DNA from: Aquihabitans sp.
GTDB taxonomy: Bacteria; Actinomycetota; Acidimicrobiia; Acidimicrobiales; Iamiaceae
Reading direction: 5' to 3'
Assembly (NCBI GenBank): GCA_036263575.1
Contig: DATAGR010000794.1
Span: 1 to 51,860 of the forward strand
Length of the DNA: 51,860 nucleotides
The position numbers and the translations under genes are program-made. Shown in pieces: positions 36,783-46,679 of the stretch (the first letter of the stretch is position 1; each line of letters begins with the position of its first letter). Below the pieces are notes generated by a model that was not told where the DNA came from, searched no databases, and was given only the letters and a program-made list of their open reading frames with translations.

Positions 36783-36937
36783 AGCGCATCATCGGCACCG
36801 TGATCGCGGCGGCCGCCGTGGCCGTCCTCCTCGTGGCGTGCGAGCCGGCGCCGGGCACGCCGTGCCCGTTCAAGTCGGGCCACGTCCATCCCGACTGCCC
36901 GATCCCGCCGTGGGACAAGGGCAAGCCGATCGACTGA
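36779..36937 (+). CDS. Small lipoprotein
   Basis: MKR + hydrophobic core + LVAC lipobox. Confidence 0.7.
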   Translation: MKRIIGTVIAAAAVAVLLVACEPAPGTPCPFKSGHVHPDCPIPPWDKGKPID

Positions 36938-36980
36938 CGCATCCCTGCGCCCTCGCGACGCCGGGCGTCAGATCACCGCC

Positions 36981-37148
36981 ATGGGAGGCACCCCACCACC
37001 GCAGGCCCCCGCCCGGCGCCAGTGCGGCTCACCGGTCCGCAACGGCCCGTGTCAGCAGGTCGTCCTCGAGCAGACCGTCGAGCCCAAGGCGCCCGGCGCC
37101 AAGCCGGTGCGGCTCGTGATCTGCCCGCAGTGCGACCGGGTCCGATGA
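36981..37148 (+). CDS. Small Cys-rich protein
   Basis: ATG 7 nt after GCATCCC-N22-TCAGAT; CPQCD. Confidence 0.55.
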   Translation: MGGTPPPQAPARRQCGSPVRNGPCQQVVLEQTVEPKAPGAKPVRLVICPQCDRVR

Positions 37149-37339
37149 TCGGCTATCTGCTCCGATGGGCCTGCCCCGCGTCGGCGGTGGCCACCCAGCG
37201 CCGCAACCACGGCCTCCTCGGCCACCGCTCATGGCAGCCGACCGACGACGACCCGCTGGCCACCCCGCACGCCATCGACCACGGCGGCGCCGACCTCGAC
37301 GACTGGCCCGGCTCGGCCGGCGGCTGGGACGGCCCGTGA
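37145..37339 (+). CDS. Hypothetical protein
   Basis: Coupled. Confidence 0.45.
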   Translation: MIGYLLRWACPASAVATQRRNHGLLGHRSWQPTDDDPLATPHAIDHGGADLDDWPGSAGGWDGP

Positions 37340-37473
37340 TCCGCCGCCTTCGCCACGGCGCCCCGCTCGTCGTCGACGTCGCCCGCGCCCTCGGCCAGCT
37401 CGCCGCCCTCGTCGTCGAGCTCACCGTCGACGCCTGGCTCGACCTGCGGGCCCGGGACCGCCGGCGTGGCTGA
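37336..37473 (+). CDS. Hypothetical protein
   Basis: Coupled. Confidence 0.4.
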   Translation: MIRRLRHGAPLVVDVARALGQLAALVVELTVDAWLDLRARDRRRG

Positions 37474-37750
37474 GGGCCTCACCCCCGACCAGCTCGTCGC
37501 GCAGGCCCGGATCCACGACCTGCTCGCCGAGCTGGTCGACCTCATCGGCCCCCGGTTCGGTGGGCTCGCCGAGGACGACCTCGACCCCGACGAGATGCCC
37601 GTCGGGCAAGTCTTCCTGTCCGAGTGGGTGACGGTCCTCGCCTGGGTCGACGAGGACGGCGATGGGTTCACCACCCGGATCGGCTCACCCAACCTCGCCC
37701 GCCACCACCGCACGGGCCTGCTCTACGACGGCCTCCACGACTTCGACTGA
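37466..37750 (+). CDS. Hypothetical protein
   Basis: Acidic; HHRTGLL C-terminal motif. Confidence 0.65.
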   Translation: MAEGLTPDQLVAQARIHDLLAELVDLIGPRFGGLAEDDLDPDEMPVGQVFLSEWVTVLAWVDEDGDGFTTRIGSPNLARHHRTGLLYDGLHDFD

Positions 37751-37889
37751 CCGTCCCTGCATCCCCACGGCCCCTCTCCGTGGCTCCCACGATCCCCGCG
37801 ACAGGACCAGGCCCTACCTGGACGGTGACCCGCATGCCGTGAAGCGGGACAGGACCCGCCCTGCCGAGCGGGATGAAGAGGACACGACC

Positions 37890-38483
37890 ATGCCCGATCC
37901 GGTCACCGAGACGCAGTCAGAGACCAGCACCGTGACCACCACGGTGCCCGACGGCTACGTCCCCCAGGACCAGGTCAACGCCATCGCCACCCGTGAGGCC
38001 GAGAGGGCCGCACGGGCCGAGCGCCAGCGCATCGAGGCCTACCTCGCCGAGCAGGCGCAGGAGGCCGAGAGGGCCAACATGGCCGAGGTCGACCGGCTCC
38101 GGTCCGAGCGCGACGCCGCCCGGGCCCAGGTCGAGCAGGCCCAGGCCGCAGCCGCCGCCGAGCGACTCGCCGCCAACGTCGAGCGCCGACTGCTCGCCGC
38201 CGGCGTGCCGGACATCGCCCTCGCCAGGGCGGCCCGGATGGTCACCTTGGAGCCCGGCGCCGACGACGAGGCCATCGCGGCCGAGGTCGAGGCGCTCCGC
38301 ACCGAGGTCCCCGCCCTCTTCACCTCCTCGCCCTCGGGCGACGCCCCGCCCCCGCCCCCTCCGCCCGCCGGCGGAGGTCCCGCCCCCCGGGGCGGCCAGG
38401 GCGGCGGCAAGTCCGCCGAGGACCGAGCCCGGGAGCGCTTCGAGCGCCGCCGGACCCGCCTCGGTTCCACCACCGCCGCCTGA
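37890..38483 (+). CDS. Capsid scaffolding protein
   Basis: QDQVNAI..RE, coiled coil, PALF, Pro/Gly-rich tail. Confidence 0.85.
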   Translation: MPDPVTETQSETSTVTTTVPDGYVPQDQVNAIATREAERAARAERQRIEAYLAEQAQEAERANMAEVDRLRSERDAARAQVEQAQAAAAAERLAANVERRLLAAGVPDIALARAARMVTLEPGADDEAIAAEVEALRTEVPALFTSSPSGDAPPPPPPPAGGGPAPRGGQGGGKSAEDRARERFERRRTRLGSTTAA

Positions 38484-38500
38484 CCCCCAGGAGCACTGCC

Positions 38501-38887
38501 ATGCCGTCCATCGCAACCACCACCGAGACCGTCGGGGGCGGTGACTACCGCTGGCTCCGATCCGCTCGGGGCACCGGCCACCCGAAGTCGGGCACGCTCG
38601 ACATCTCGGCGTTCACCGCGAACACCCACTACCCCGACGGCTACGTCCGCTCGGGCACCCCGGTGACCTTCGACGCCGTCAGCGGCCTCTACGAGCCCGC
38701 CGCGGCCACCAGCACGGCCACCGGCCTCGCCGGCTTCGTCTGGCACGACGTCGCCGTCCAGGGCGCCGCCGACCTCACCTTCGCCGTGATCGAGGACGCC
38801 ACGATCAACAGCGACTTCATCCCCGTCCCCAACGACCTGGTCGACACGCGCTACATCTGCGACGCCGTCGCCGTGGCAGGAGCCTGA
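38501..38887 (+). CDS. Capsid decoration protein
   Basis: WLRSARGT...TLD...GYVRSGTPV; between scaffold and capsid. Confidence 0.75.
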   Translation: MPSIATTTETVGGGDYRWLRSARGTGHPKSGTLDISAFTANTHYPDGYVRSGTPVTFDAVSGLYEPAAATSTATGLAGFVWHDVAVQGAADLTFAVIEDATINSDFIPVPNDLVDTRYICDAVAVAGA

Positions 38888-38888
38888 C

Positions 38889-39896
38889 ATGGCCGAGATC
38901 CTCGAGGGGCTCGACCCGGTCGAGCTCACCAACTTCGCCCGCCTGGAGGCCAACGACTTCGACGCCCAGTCGCAGTCGCTCGCCCGCTGGTTCCCCTACC
39001 AGGCCGTCAACGACATCCGCTACGCCTACAGCCGGGGCGTCGACGTCCTGCTGGACGAGGCGCAGTTCCGGTCCTTCGACGCCGAGTCCCCCCTCGGTCG
39101 TCGGCCGGGCGCTTCCCGGGTCACCGGTGAGCTCCAGCCGATCAGCCGGAAGATCCCCCTGTCGGAGTACGCCCAGCTCCGGATCCGCAACGCCAGCAAC
39201 GACGAGATCAACGACCAAGTCTTCAACGACGCGGCCCGTCTCGCCCGTGGCATCGCCGCCCGCTTCGAGCGGGCCCGCGGCGAGCTGCTCCGCACCGGCA
39301 ACCTCGTCATCAACGAGAACGGGGTCGTCCAGACCTACAGCTCGGGCCGCCACGCCAGCCTCACCGTCGGCGCCGTGTCCCCGCTCTGGTCGGCGCACTC
39401 CACCGCCACCCCCATCCAGGACATCCTCGACTGGATGGAGCTGATCCGGGCGCAGTCCGGCGTGACCGGCAACCGGCTGCTCGTCAGCCGCTCGGTCATG
39501 TCGCACCTCCAGCAGATCGACGAGGTGCGCGGGGCGTTCATGCCCGCCGGCCAGGTCCCCAACCGGATCACCACCGACGCCGTCGGCGCTGCGTTCGTGC
39601 AGCTCGCCGGCGTGACCGTCGAGGTGCTCGAGCCGCCTGCCGGCATGACCACCCCGCCGATCCCGGCGAACACGGTGATCCTGCTCCAGGACGGCGTCCC
39701 GCTCGGGACGACCACCTACGGCATCCCGGTGGAGGCCACCCTCCCCGAGTACCAGGGCCTCGCCCCCCAGCCTGGCGTCCTCGCCGGTGGCTGGAAGGAC
39801 CGGGACCCGGTGACCGCCTGGACCCACGCCGTGGCGATCGGCCTGCCCCTCCTGGGTGCGCCGAACCTCACCCTGTCGGCCACGGTCCTCGCCTGA
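38889..39896 (+). CDS. Major capsid protein
   Basis: FRSFDAESP, ELQPISRKIPLSEY, DPVTAW...AIGLP. Confidence 0.9.
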   Translation: MAEILEGLDPVELTNFARLEANDFDAQSQSLARWFPYQAVNDIRYAYSRGVDVLLDEAQFRSFDAESPLGRRPGASRVTGELQPISRKIPLSEYAQLRIRNASNDEINDQVFNDAARLARGIAARFERARGELLRTGNLVINENGVVQTYSSGRHASLTVGAVSPLWSAHSTATPIQDILDWMELIRAQSGVTGNRLLVSRSVMSHLQQIDEVRGAFMPAGQVPNRITTDAVGAAFVQLAGVTVEVLEPPAGMTTPPIPANTVILLQDGVPLGTTTYGIPVEATLPEYQGLAPQPGVLAGGWKDRDPVTAWTHAVAIGLPLLGAPNLTLSATVLA

Positions 39897-39899
39897 CCC

Positions 39900-39937
39900 C
39901 GAGCCCCGCCCGGCCTCACAGCACCGGGCGGGGCTCG
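39900..39937 (+). terminator. GC-rich hairpin after the capsid gene
   Basis: CGAGCCCCGCCCGG / CCGGGCGGGGCTCG, no U-tract. Confidence 0.6.
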
Positions 39938-39964
39938 CTCCCCCTCGTCTACGGAGGCGACCCC

Positions 39965-40327
39965 ATGGCCCGCACGCTGATCGAGAACGTCTGGGCCAAC
40001 GGGCAGGGCTACGGCCCCGCCCACGGCCGCCTCATCCTCCCCGAAGGCGTCGGGGAGGATCTCCCCGACCACGTCTTCGCCGACGACGGCGACGACCGCG
40101 TCGAGGTCGACCTGCCCGACCCGCCGCCCACCGAGGGCGAGCGCAACGAGTTCGAGACCGGCGGCGTGCTCCAGGCCGACGGTTCCATGGTCGGGTGGGG
40201 GTCGCTCGACGACCTCGACAAGCCCGCCCTGCTCGACCTGGCCGAGCGGCGCGGCATCGCCGAGGTGAGCCCCCGCTGGGGCGCCAAGCGGATCCGCGAG
40301 ACCCTGCGCGACGCCGAGGCAGGCTGA
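39965..40327 (+). CDS. Hypothetical head-associated protein
   Basis: GGAGG RBS; C-terminal helix-extension-helix-like LDKPALLDLAERRGI. Confidence 0.65.
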   Translation: MARTLIENVWANGQGYGPAHGRLILPEGVGEDLPDHVFADDGDDRVEVDLPDPPPTEGERNEFETGGVLQADGSMVGWGSLDDLDKPALLDLAERRGIAEVSPRWGAKRIRETLRDAEAG

Positions 40328-40659
40328 TGGCCTCCGCCGAGGTGGAGGCCGTCCGTGATTGGGTCGGCACCGAGCCCAGCACCACCACCATCGAGGCCTT
40401 CCTCGACCGCTTCGCCACCAAGTCGACGCCGACGGCATGGGCGGCGTTGTCCATCCTCCGTCGCCGTCGCCGCGACGTCGCCGTCGGCCCCGAGTCGTGG
40501 GCCGTCGACGGCGACTACCGCGAGACCCGCAACCTGACCGCCACCCTGGCCGCCCTCGACCTCGACATCGCCCGCCTCGAGCGCATCACCGGGGACACGA
40601 CCGGGACCGCCAAGGTGCTCGACTCCGCGCCGATCTGCGCGACCGGCGGTGAGCGGTGA
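40327..40659 (+). CDS. Putative head-to-tail adaptor
   Basis: Size and position; VRDWVG...ALSILRRR. Confidence 0.6.
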   Translation: MASAEVEAVRDWVGTEPSTTTIEAFLDRFATKSTPTAWAALSILRRRRRDVAVGPESWAVDGDYRETRNLTATLAALDLDIARLERITGDTTGTAKVLDSAPICATGGER

Positions 40660-40994
40660 CCATCCGTGAAGACCTCGAGTGCAAGTCCAACGAGGACTTC
40701 GGCGTACAGGTCACCTGGCAGGTCGATGGCGAGGACGTGACCCTGACCTCCGGCCAGCTCCACGTCCGGCGCCGCAAGGCCGACGCCGACCCGCTCATCG
40801 ACCTGGAAGCCGACCTCGACGGCGGCACCGCCTCCTTCCTCCTCCCCGCCGCAGAGGTGGCCGACCTCAACTGGCCGCACCTCGACGGGCAGACAGGCGT
40901 CTACGACGCCGTCATCGTCTCCGAGCTGGGCCAGCAGCGGCTCATCGAGGGAGAGGTCACGTTCTCGTGGGGGGTGACCCGACCCGATGACTGA
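40656..40994 (+). CDS. Virion structural protein (Ig/BppU-like)
   Basis: GVYDAVI...RLIEGEVTFSWGVT. Confidence 0.6.
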   Translation: MTIREDLECKSNEDFGVQVTWQVDGEDVTLTSGQLHVRRRKADADPLIDLEADLDGGTASFLLPAAEVADLNWPHLDGQTGVYDAVIVSELGQQRLIEGEVTFSWGVTRPDD

Positions 40995-41376
40995 GACCAT
41001 CACCGTCGACCAGAGGTCCGGGTCCGTCGTCGTCGACCAGCGCCCCGGCACCGTCATCGTCCGCGACGTCGTCCTCGCCGGCACCCAGGGCGCGTCGGCC
41101 TACCAGGTCGCCGTCGCCAACGGCTTCGTCGGCACCGAGGCCGAGTGGCTCGAGACCCTCGTCGGCCCGGCCGGACCGGCCAGTGGCGGCGCCTACCACG
41201 TCCAGGGCGCCGCCTCGGCCACCTGGACCATCAACCACGACCTCGGCTTCCTGCCCAACGTCACCATCCGAGACACCGAGGGCAACGAGGTGCTCGGCCT
41301 CCTCATCGACAACAGCACCACCGCCACCACCATCCACTTCCCGTTCGCCATGACCGGCAACGCCACCCTCTCCTAG
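40987..41376 (+). CDS. Fibre-associated protein
   Basis: GASAYQVAVANGFVGTEAEWLETLVG; WTINHDLG.LPNV. Confidence 0.7.
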   Translation: MTETITVDQRSGSVVVDQRPGTVIVRDVVLAGTQGASAYQVAVANGFVGTEAEWLETLVGPAGPASGGAYHVQGAASATWTINHDLGFLPNVTIRDTEGNEVLGLLIDNSTTATTIHFPFAMTGNATLS

Positions 41377-41386
41377 GAGCCGACCC

Positions 41387-42448
41387 ATGGCCGTCCTACT
41401 CCCCAACGGTGCCGACCTCGGCGGCGGCGAGCTCCTGTCGTTCAAGGTGCAGTCGCTCACCTCCGACCCGACCGGGTCCGAGGCGCGCGTCTACTACAAC
41501 AGCACCGACAAGCAGCTCAAGTACCACAACGGGACGACGTGGACGGCTCTCGCCGCCGGTTCCGGCTACAGCGACGAGAACGCCCAGGACGCCGTCGCAG
41601 CGGTCATCGCCGCCGGCACGCACACCGGCGTGACCGTCACCTACAACGACGCCGCCGGGACCTTGTCCTTCGCCGCCGACAACGTGCCGATCGCCAACCT
41701 CGCCGACATCGCCACCGCACGGATCCTCGGCCGCAACACCGCCAGCACCGGCGAGGTCGAGGTGCTGACCGGAGCGACCGTCAAGACGATGCTCGCCCTC
41801 GTCAAGGCCGACGTCGGGCTCGGGAACGTCGACAACACCGCCGACACGGCGAAGCCGGTGAGCACCGCCCAGCAGGCCGCCCTCGACCTCAAGGCGAACC
41901 TGGCCTCGCCGACCTTCACCGGGACGGTCGGGGGCATCACGAAGGCGATGGTCGGGCTCGGCAACGTCGACAACACCAGCGACGCCACCAAGTTCACGAG
42001 CCCCGCCCTGACCGGCACCCCGACGGCCCCCACCGCCACCGCCGGCACCAACACCACCCAGGTCGCCACCACGGCCTTCGTCCAGGCCGCAGCGGCCGCC
42101 CTCGTCGACGCCGCCCCCGGCACCCTCGACACCCTCAACGAGCTCGCCGCCGCCCTCGGCGACGACCCCGCCTTCGCCACCACGGTCACCAACCTCGTCG
42201 CCGCCATCGACACCCGGGTGGACGTCCTGGAGGCCGACACGCACTTCGCCGACGTGGGCGGCGGCACCGCCGTCGTCATCACCCACAACCTCGGCACCCG
42301 CGACGTCGGCGTCGACATCTGGCGCAACAGCACCCCTTGGGACACGGTCCTGCCGGACATGGAGCGCACCTCCACCAACACCGTCACGTTCCGGTTCGCC
42401 ACCGCCCCGGCGGCTGCCGCCTTCCGCTGCAAGATCAGCCGCCGCTGA
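41387..42448 (+). CDS. Fibre protein
   Basis: VGLGNVDNT x2; SPALTGTPTAPT...QVATTAFV; LDTLNELAAALGDDP; ITHNLGT. Confidence 0.8.
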   Translation: MAVLLPNGADLGGGELLSFKVQSLTSDPTGSEARVYYNSTDKQLKYHNGTTWTALAAGSGYSDENAQDAVAAVIAAGTHTGVTVTYNDAAGTLSFAADNVPIANLADIATARILGRNTASTGEVEVLTGATVKTMLALVKADVGLGNVDNTADTAKPVSTAQQAALDLKANLASPTFTGTVGGITKAMVGLGNVDNTSDATKFTSPALTGTPTAPTATAGTNTTQVATTAFVQAAAAALVDAAPGTLDTLNELAAALGDDPAFATTVTNLVAAIDTRVDVLEADTHFADVGGGTAVVITHNLGTRDVGVDIWRNSTPWDTVLPDMERTSTNTVTFRFATAPAAAAFRCKISRR

Positions 42449-42449
42449 C

Positions 42450-44318
42450 ATGGAGATCCTGGGCCCGGTCAACGGCGTCACCGACGCGCCGCCGAAGGGC
42501 TACGTCGACGCGTCGCTCGTCGGCACCAAGGGCACCCTGGCCCGCCGGCTCAACTACCGGCTCGGCGACGCCACCCTGGGCAAGCACATCCACCTCGTCG
42601 GTGACTCCAACGTGGAGTTCGTCGGCTCCGGCGGCACCACCCGGTTCGAGGGGATGGTCGGCCGCCTCCAGTCCCGGCTCCGGTCCTCCTACGGGACCTT
42701 TCCCCGAGCCTGGCCGGCGGGCTACTTCTCGACCAGCACCGGCTTGGAGGGCATCGTCGGAGCCGCCCCGGGCAGCCCGTGGACCCGCACCGGTTCACCC
42801 ACCACGCAGACGGACTTCCCCGGCAACAGCGGCCCAGGGCTGCGGTCGATCCTGCTGGCCAACGCGACTCAGTACGTCGAGACCTCGGCTGTCGTCTGCG
42901 ATCGGTACTACGTCCTCTACCGGCAGATCCCGTCGGGCGCCACCATCCAGGTCGCCCACGGTGACCCGGTCGCCAACATCGCCACCTTCTCGACGGCGAA
43001 CGCCACCACCAAGGGCTCCCGGGTCTACGACTCCGGAGCCCTCACCCTCGCCTCGAGGAAGGTGCGCCTCACCCCGACGACGACGGCGAACGCCTACATC
43101 GAGGGCATCTTCTTCATGCAGGGCGGCACCACCAACGTCTACGTCTGGGAGGGCGGCCACTCCGGGGCGACCGCCTACAACTACCTGCACTCCGGGAACG
43201 GCGGCACCGGGGCGCTCAACTACTTCACCGACCTCTACGACGGCACCCAGCCGTGGGGGTACTTCGACCACACGATCCTGATGTTCGGGTCGAACGAGAT
43301 GGGCCCCAACGCCGCCCCGGCCCGGACGGCCGCCGAGACCGCCGCCGACTACACCAACCTGGTCGCCGCGATCCGCGCCAAGCACGCGGATGCCGAGATC
43401 ACGATGGTGGTCTCGCCGGCCCCGAACGCCGACACGGCGGCCACTCAGGCCGAGTACGCCGAGGCCGTCTCCGTGGCGGCAGCCGCGACGTCGTGCGGGT
43501 TCCTCGACCTCGGCCGCCGCATGGGGATCATGGAAGGCACCTCCACCGCGTCCGCCCCAGCTGGCTCTCCGTTCGTCGCCGCCCCGCTCACGACCGACGA
43601 GACGCACTACACGCCCCGCGGGCATGAGTGGGTGTCCCGGCACCTCCTCGACAACCTGGTCGACGATTCGGGGGAGCGGTCGATCGTCCAGCTCACCGAG
43701 TGGGACCAGAAGACGACCCTCGCTGCCGCCACGCCGGCTCTCAACCAGTATTCGCCGCTCGTCATCGACGGCGACGGGAAGGTCACTGCTGCGCCGATGC
43801 GGCCCGGCGTCGTCCCCATGTGGACGACGTTCGGCACCAACTTCATGGGCACGTCGCGCATGGAGTACGACGCCTGCACCTTCCTCGCCTCCGACGCCAA
43901 CGTCGTGTTCGCCTCCCCGCCGGCGACCGTCCGCGAGTTCAAGAACCCCAGCCCCGCCGGGAAGTACCAGCGCCGCATCGGCACGCAGTGGGCCGGTCAG
44001 TACCGCCTCGAGGTGTATGTGGCCGTCGCCGCTGCCTCCGCCCGCGTCGGCATCCAGTACCTCGACCAGACCGGTACGCCCACCTGGCGCTACATGACCG
44101 CCACCCTGTCGTCCACCGGCGGCGGATCCACGCCCGGGTCGGTCACCACCCCCGAGATCGACTGCTCCACCACCGGGCCGAAGAACTCCGGGTGGATCAC
44201 GATGGCCAACCCCGGCCCCGCGCTCGCCTCCGACGTCGACGTGCGCCTCGTCGAGCTCGGCAACGCCGCCGGCTCCCCGGCCATCACCCACGCCCGCCTC
44301 ATGCTCCGTCCGGCCTGA
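42450..44318 (+). CDS. SGNH/GDSL hydrolase-containing virion protein
   Basis: GDSN, GHSG, FGSNE, DETHY blocks. Confidence 0.8.
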   Translation: MEILGPVNGVTDAPPKGYVDASLVGTKGTLARRLNYRLGDATLGKHIHLVGDSNVEFVGSGGTTRFEGMVGRLQSRLRSSYGTFPRAWPAGYFSTSTGLEGIVGAAPGSPWTRTGSPTTQTDFPGNSGPGLRSILLANATQYVETSAVVCDRYYVLYRQIPSGATIQVAHGDPVANIATFSTANATTKGSRVYDSGALTLASRKVRLTPTTTANAYIEGIFFMQGGTTNVYVWEGGHSGATAYNYLHSGNGGTGALNYFTDLYDGTQPWGYFDHTILMFGSNEMGPNAAPARTAAETAADYTNLVAAIRAKHADAEITMVVSPAPNADTAATQAEYAEAVSVAAAATSCGFLDLGRRMGIMEGTSTASAPAGSPFVAAPLTTDETHYTPRGHEWVSRHLLDNLVDDSGERSIVQLTEWDQKTTLAAATPALNQYSPLVIDGDGKVTAAPMRPGVVPMWTTFGTNFMGTSRMEYDACTFLASDANVVFASPPATVREFKNPSPAGKYQRRIGTQWAGQYRLEVYVAVAAASARVGIQYLDQTGTPTWRYMTATLSSTGGGSTPGSVTTPEIDCSTTGPKNSGWITMANPGPALASDVDVRLVELGNAAGSPAITHARLMLRPA

Positions 44319-44353
44319 CCTGACGTACCCCACAACGCACCCCAGGAGCCCAC

Positions 44354-45562
44354 ATGCCCACCACCGACCAGCACAAGGCCCTCCTCGACTTCATCGTCGC
44401 CAACCAGGAGACCATCGACGAGGCCGGCAACATCCAGGCCTACGTCACCGGCGGCGCCGAGGACATCCGCCCCGAGCTCGCCCAGCTCAAGCGCATGGCC
44501 GAGATCGGCTGGTACGTCAAGGTCGTCCTCTCCCAGCAGCCCACCCCCGACCCTGACCCCGAGCCGGATCCCGACCCTGACCCCGAGCCGGATCCCGAGC
44601 CTGATCCCGACCCGGAGCCGGAGCCCACCCCCACGCCTGTCGGCAAGGGGATCTTCGTCTCCGTCGAGGAGGTCAAGCGCCTCGGTGCCGTCCCCTCCAA
44701 CGTGAAGTCCGCCGCGGCCGGGTCGGTGAAGGCCAACCTGGCCGACAACAACAGCGTGACCGACGCTGCCGCCTACGCCTCCGCCCTCGTCTTCGCCGCC
44801 ACCGGCGACCAGGCGGCCAAGGCCAAGGCGATCGAGGGCGTCAAGTCGATGTCCTCCAGTGGGTTCGCCCGGGTCCTCGAGATGTCCCGCAACGTCCCGA
44901 TGTACGTCTGGGCCGCCGACCTGTGCGGCTACCACGACAGCGACGACTTCCTCCGCTCCCTCGTCACCAAGCCCCTCGACGGCCACTCCGGCGGCAAGAA
45001 CATGGTCGAGACCGCCGAGAAGTCCGCCTCCAACTGGGGCGCCATGGCGACCGCCGCGTGCACCGCCATCGGCCTCCACGTCGGAGACACGCAGCTCGTC
45101 GACCGGATGGCCCGCGTGATGAAGGGGTGGTGCGACGGTTCGCACCAGTTCAACTTCACCGGCACCAACTGGCACGCAGACCCGGCCAAGAAACGCGGTG
45201 TGAACGCCAAGGGCGCTACGAGGAACGGGAACGACATCTCCGGTGTGCAGCCGGAGGACTTCCGGCGGGCCGGCGAGTACGGCTGGCCCGTCTCCAAGTC
45301 GGGCTACCAGTGGGAGGGCCTGACCCCCCGCATCGTCACCGCCGCCATGCTCCACCGGGCCGGGAAGTTCGACCTCCAGGCCGGCGACGCCGCCATCGCT
45401 CGGGCCGTCCGGTACCTCTACGACGTCGTCCGATACCCCGCCGAGGGTGACGACACGACCGTGATCTACCTGGCCAACCGCCTCTTCGGCCTGAGCCTCC
45501 CGACCACCGGTGACTCGATCTCCAAGAACGTCGCCTTCTGCGGCTGGACCCACCGGGCCTGA
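44354..45562 (+). CDS. Putative polysaccharide-lyase-like protein with a Pro/Asp/Glu linker
   Basis: (DP/EP)n linker then a helical domain with SNWG and D.RR motifs reminiscent of alginate lyases. Confidence 0.5.
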   Translation: MPTTDQHKALLDFIVANQETIDEAGNIQAYVTGGAEDIRPELAQLKRMAEIGWYVKVVLSQQPTPDPDPEPDPDPDPEPDPEPDPDPEPEPTPTPVGKGIFVSVEEVKRLGAVPSNVKSAAAGSVKANLADNNSVTDAAAYASALVFAATGDQAAKAKAIEGVKSMSSSGFARVLEMSRNVPMYVWAADLCGYHDSDDFLRSLVTKPLDGHSGGKNMVETAEKSASNWGAMATAACTAIGLHVGDTQLVDRMARVMKGWCDGSHQFNFTGTNWHADPAKKRGVNAKGATRNGNDISGVQPEDFRRAGEYGWPVSKSGYQWEGLTPRIVTAAMLHRAGKFDLQAGDAAIARAVRYLYDVVRYPAEGDDTTVIYLANRLFGLSLPTTGDSISKNVAFCGWTHRA

Positions 45563-45635
45563 CGCATCCCCACCGCCCGACGCATCCCATCCCACGCTCG
45601 GGGACGAGATCACCACGCCACGGAGGCACCCCGCC

Positions 45636-45854
45636 ATGTCCAGCCTGTCCCGCTACCGCAAGGCCATCGCCGCCATCCTGACCGGCCTGCTCGGCTGGGC
45701 GACCGCTGTCGTCCAGTCCGACCCCGAGCAGATCACCTCGGCCGAGTGGATCGGCGCCGCCACAGTGATCGTCGCCACGATCGCCGTCTACCTGGTGCCC
45801 AACGACGCCCCCGCCGGCGTCGTCGCCGACCCCAACGTGTCCGAGCGCGGCTAA
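45636..45854 (+). CDS. Holin
   Basis: YRKAIAA, two TM segments, ITSAEW, VYLVPN; precedes endolysin. Confidence 0.8.
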   Translation: MSSLSRYRKAIAAILTGLLGWATAVVQSDPEQITSAEWIGAATVIVATIAVYLVPNDAPAGVVADPNVSERG

Positions 45855-46669
45855 TGCGAGCCCTCTGGCTCCCCGGCGTCCTCCGGGACGCCGGGCTGAC
45901 CGTCGTCGAACACGCGGGCTGGCGGACCCGTGGGAGCGAGCTCCGCGCCATCCACGGGGTCGTCTGCCACCACACGGCGACCAGCGCCCGCACCTCGGAC
46001 TCCGCGGTGGCGCGCCTGCTCATCGTCGGCCGCGCCGACCTCAAGGGCCCGCTCTGCCAGCTCGGGCTTCGCCGCTCCGGCGTCTTCGACGTCATCACCT
46101 CCGGCCGGGGCAGCCACAACGGGTTCGGCCGATGGGGCAACGACTCCATCGGCATCGAGGCCTACAACGACGGCGTCGGCGAGCCCTGGCGTCCCGTCCA
46201 GGTCGACGCCTACCAGCGCGGTTGCGCCGCCATCTGCCGGCACCTCCGTCTCAGCGCCTCCTTCGTCCAGGGCCACAAGGAGACCGACCCGCGCCGCAAG
46301 ATCGACCCAGCCGGCATCGACATGCACGCCTTCCGAGCACGCGTCACCGACCTCCTCAAGCCCACCCCGCCGCCGGCTGCCGTCCCGCCCCGTCGCATCC
46401 TGCGCCCCGGCTCGAGCGGCCCCGAGGTCGTCTGGATCCAGGCGTGCCTCGCCATCATCCACAACCGCTGGCAGCAGGTCCCCGACCCCGGGCCCACCGA
46501 TGGCGAGTACGGCCCGAAGACGGCCGCCGCCGTGCTCGCCGTCGAGAAGATGCACAACGCCTTCCTGACCGCCTTCACCCCGGACGCCCCTCGCCACCAG
46601 CAGGACGGCGTCGCCACCGTCGCCACCCAGGACGCCATCACCTGGTGGGCGCAGCAAGCCGGGAAGTGA
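45854..46669 (+). CDS. Endolysin: N-acetylmuramoyl-L-alanine amidase + peptidoglycan-binding domain
   Basis: CHHTA, IGIEA, GHKE..RKIDP; LRPGSSGPEV...DGEYGPKT. Confidence 0.92.
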   Translation: MRALWLPGVLRDAGLTVVEHAGWRTRGSELRAIHGVVCHHTATSARTSDSAVARLLIVGRADLKGPLCQLGLRRSGVFDVITSGRGSHNGFGRWGNDSIGIEAYNDGVGEPWRPVQVDAYQRGCAAICRHLRLSASFVQGHKETDPRRKIDPAGIDMHAFRARVTDLLKPTPPPAAVPPRRILRPGSSGPEVVWIQACLAIIHNRWQQVPDPGPTDGEYGPKTAAAVLAVEKMHNAFLTAFTPDAPRHQQDGVATVATQDAITWWAQQAGK

Positions 46670-46679
46670 CGACCGCTCC

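Noticed and set aside
44545-44635. Tandem DNA repeat as an array or contingency locus
   Set aside because: It encodes an in-frame (DP/EP)n linker with synonymous variation.
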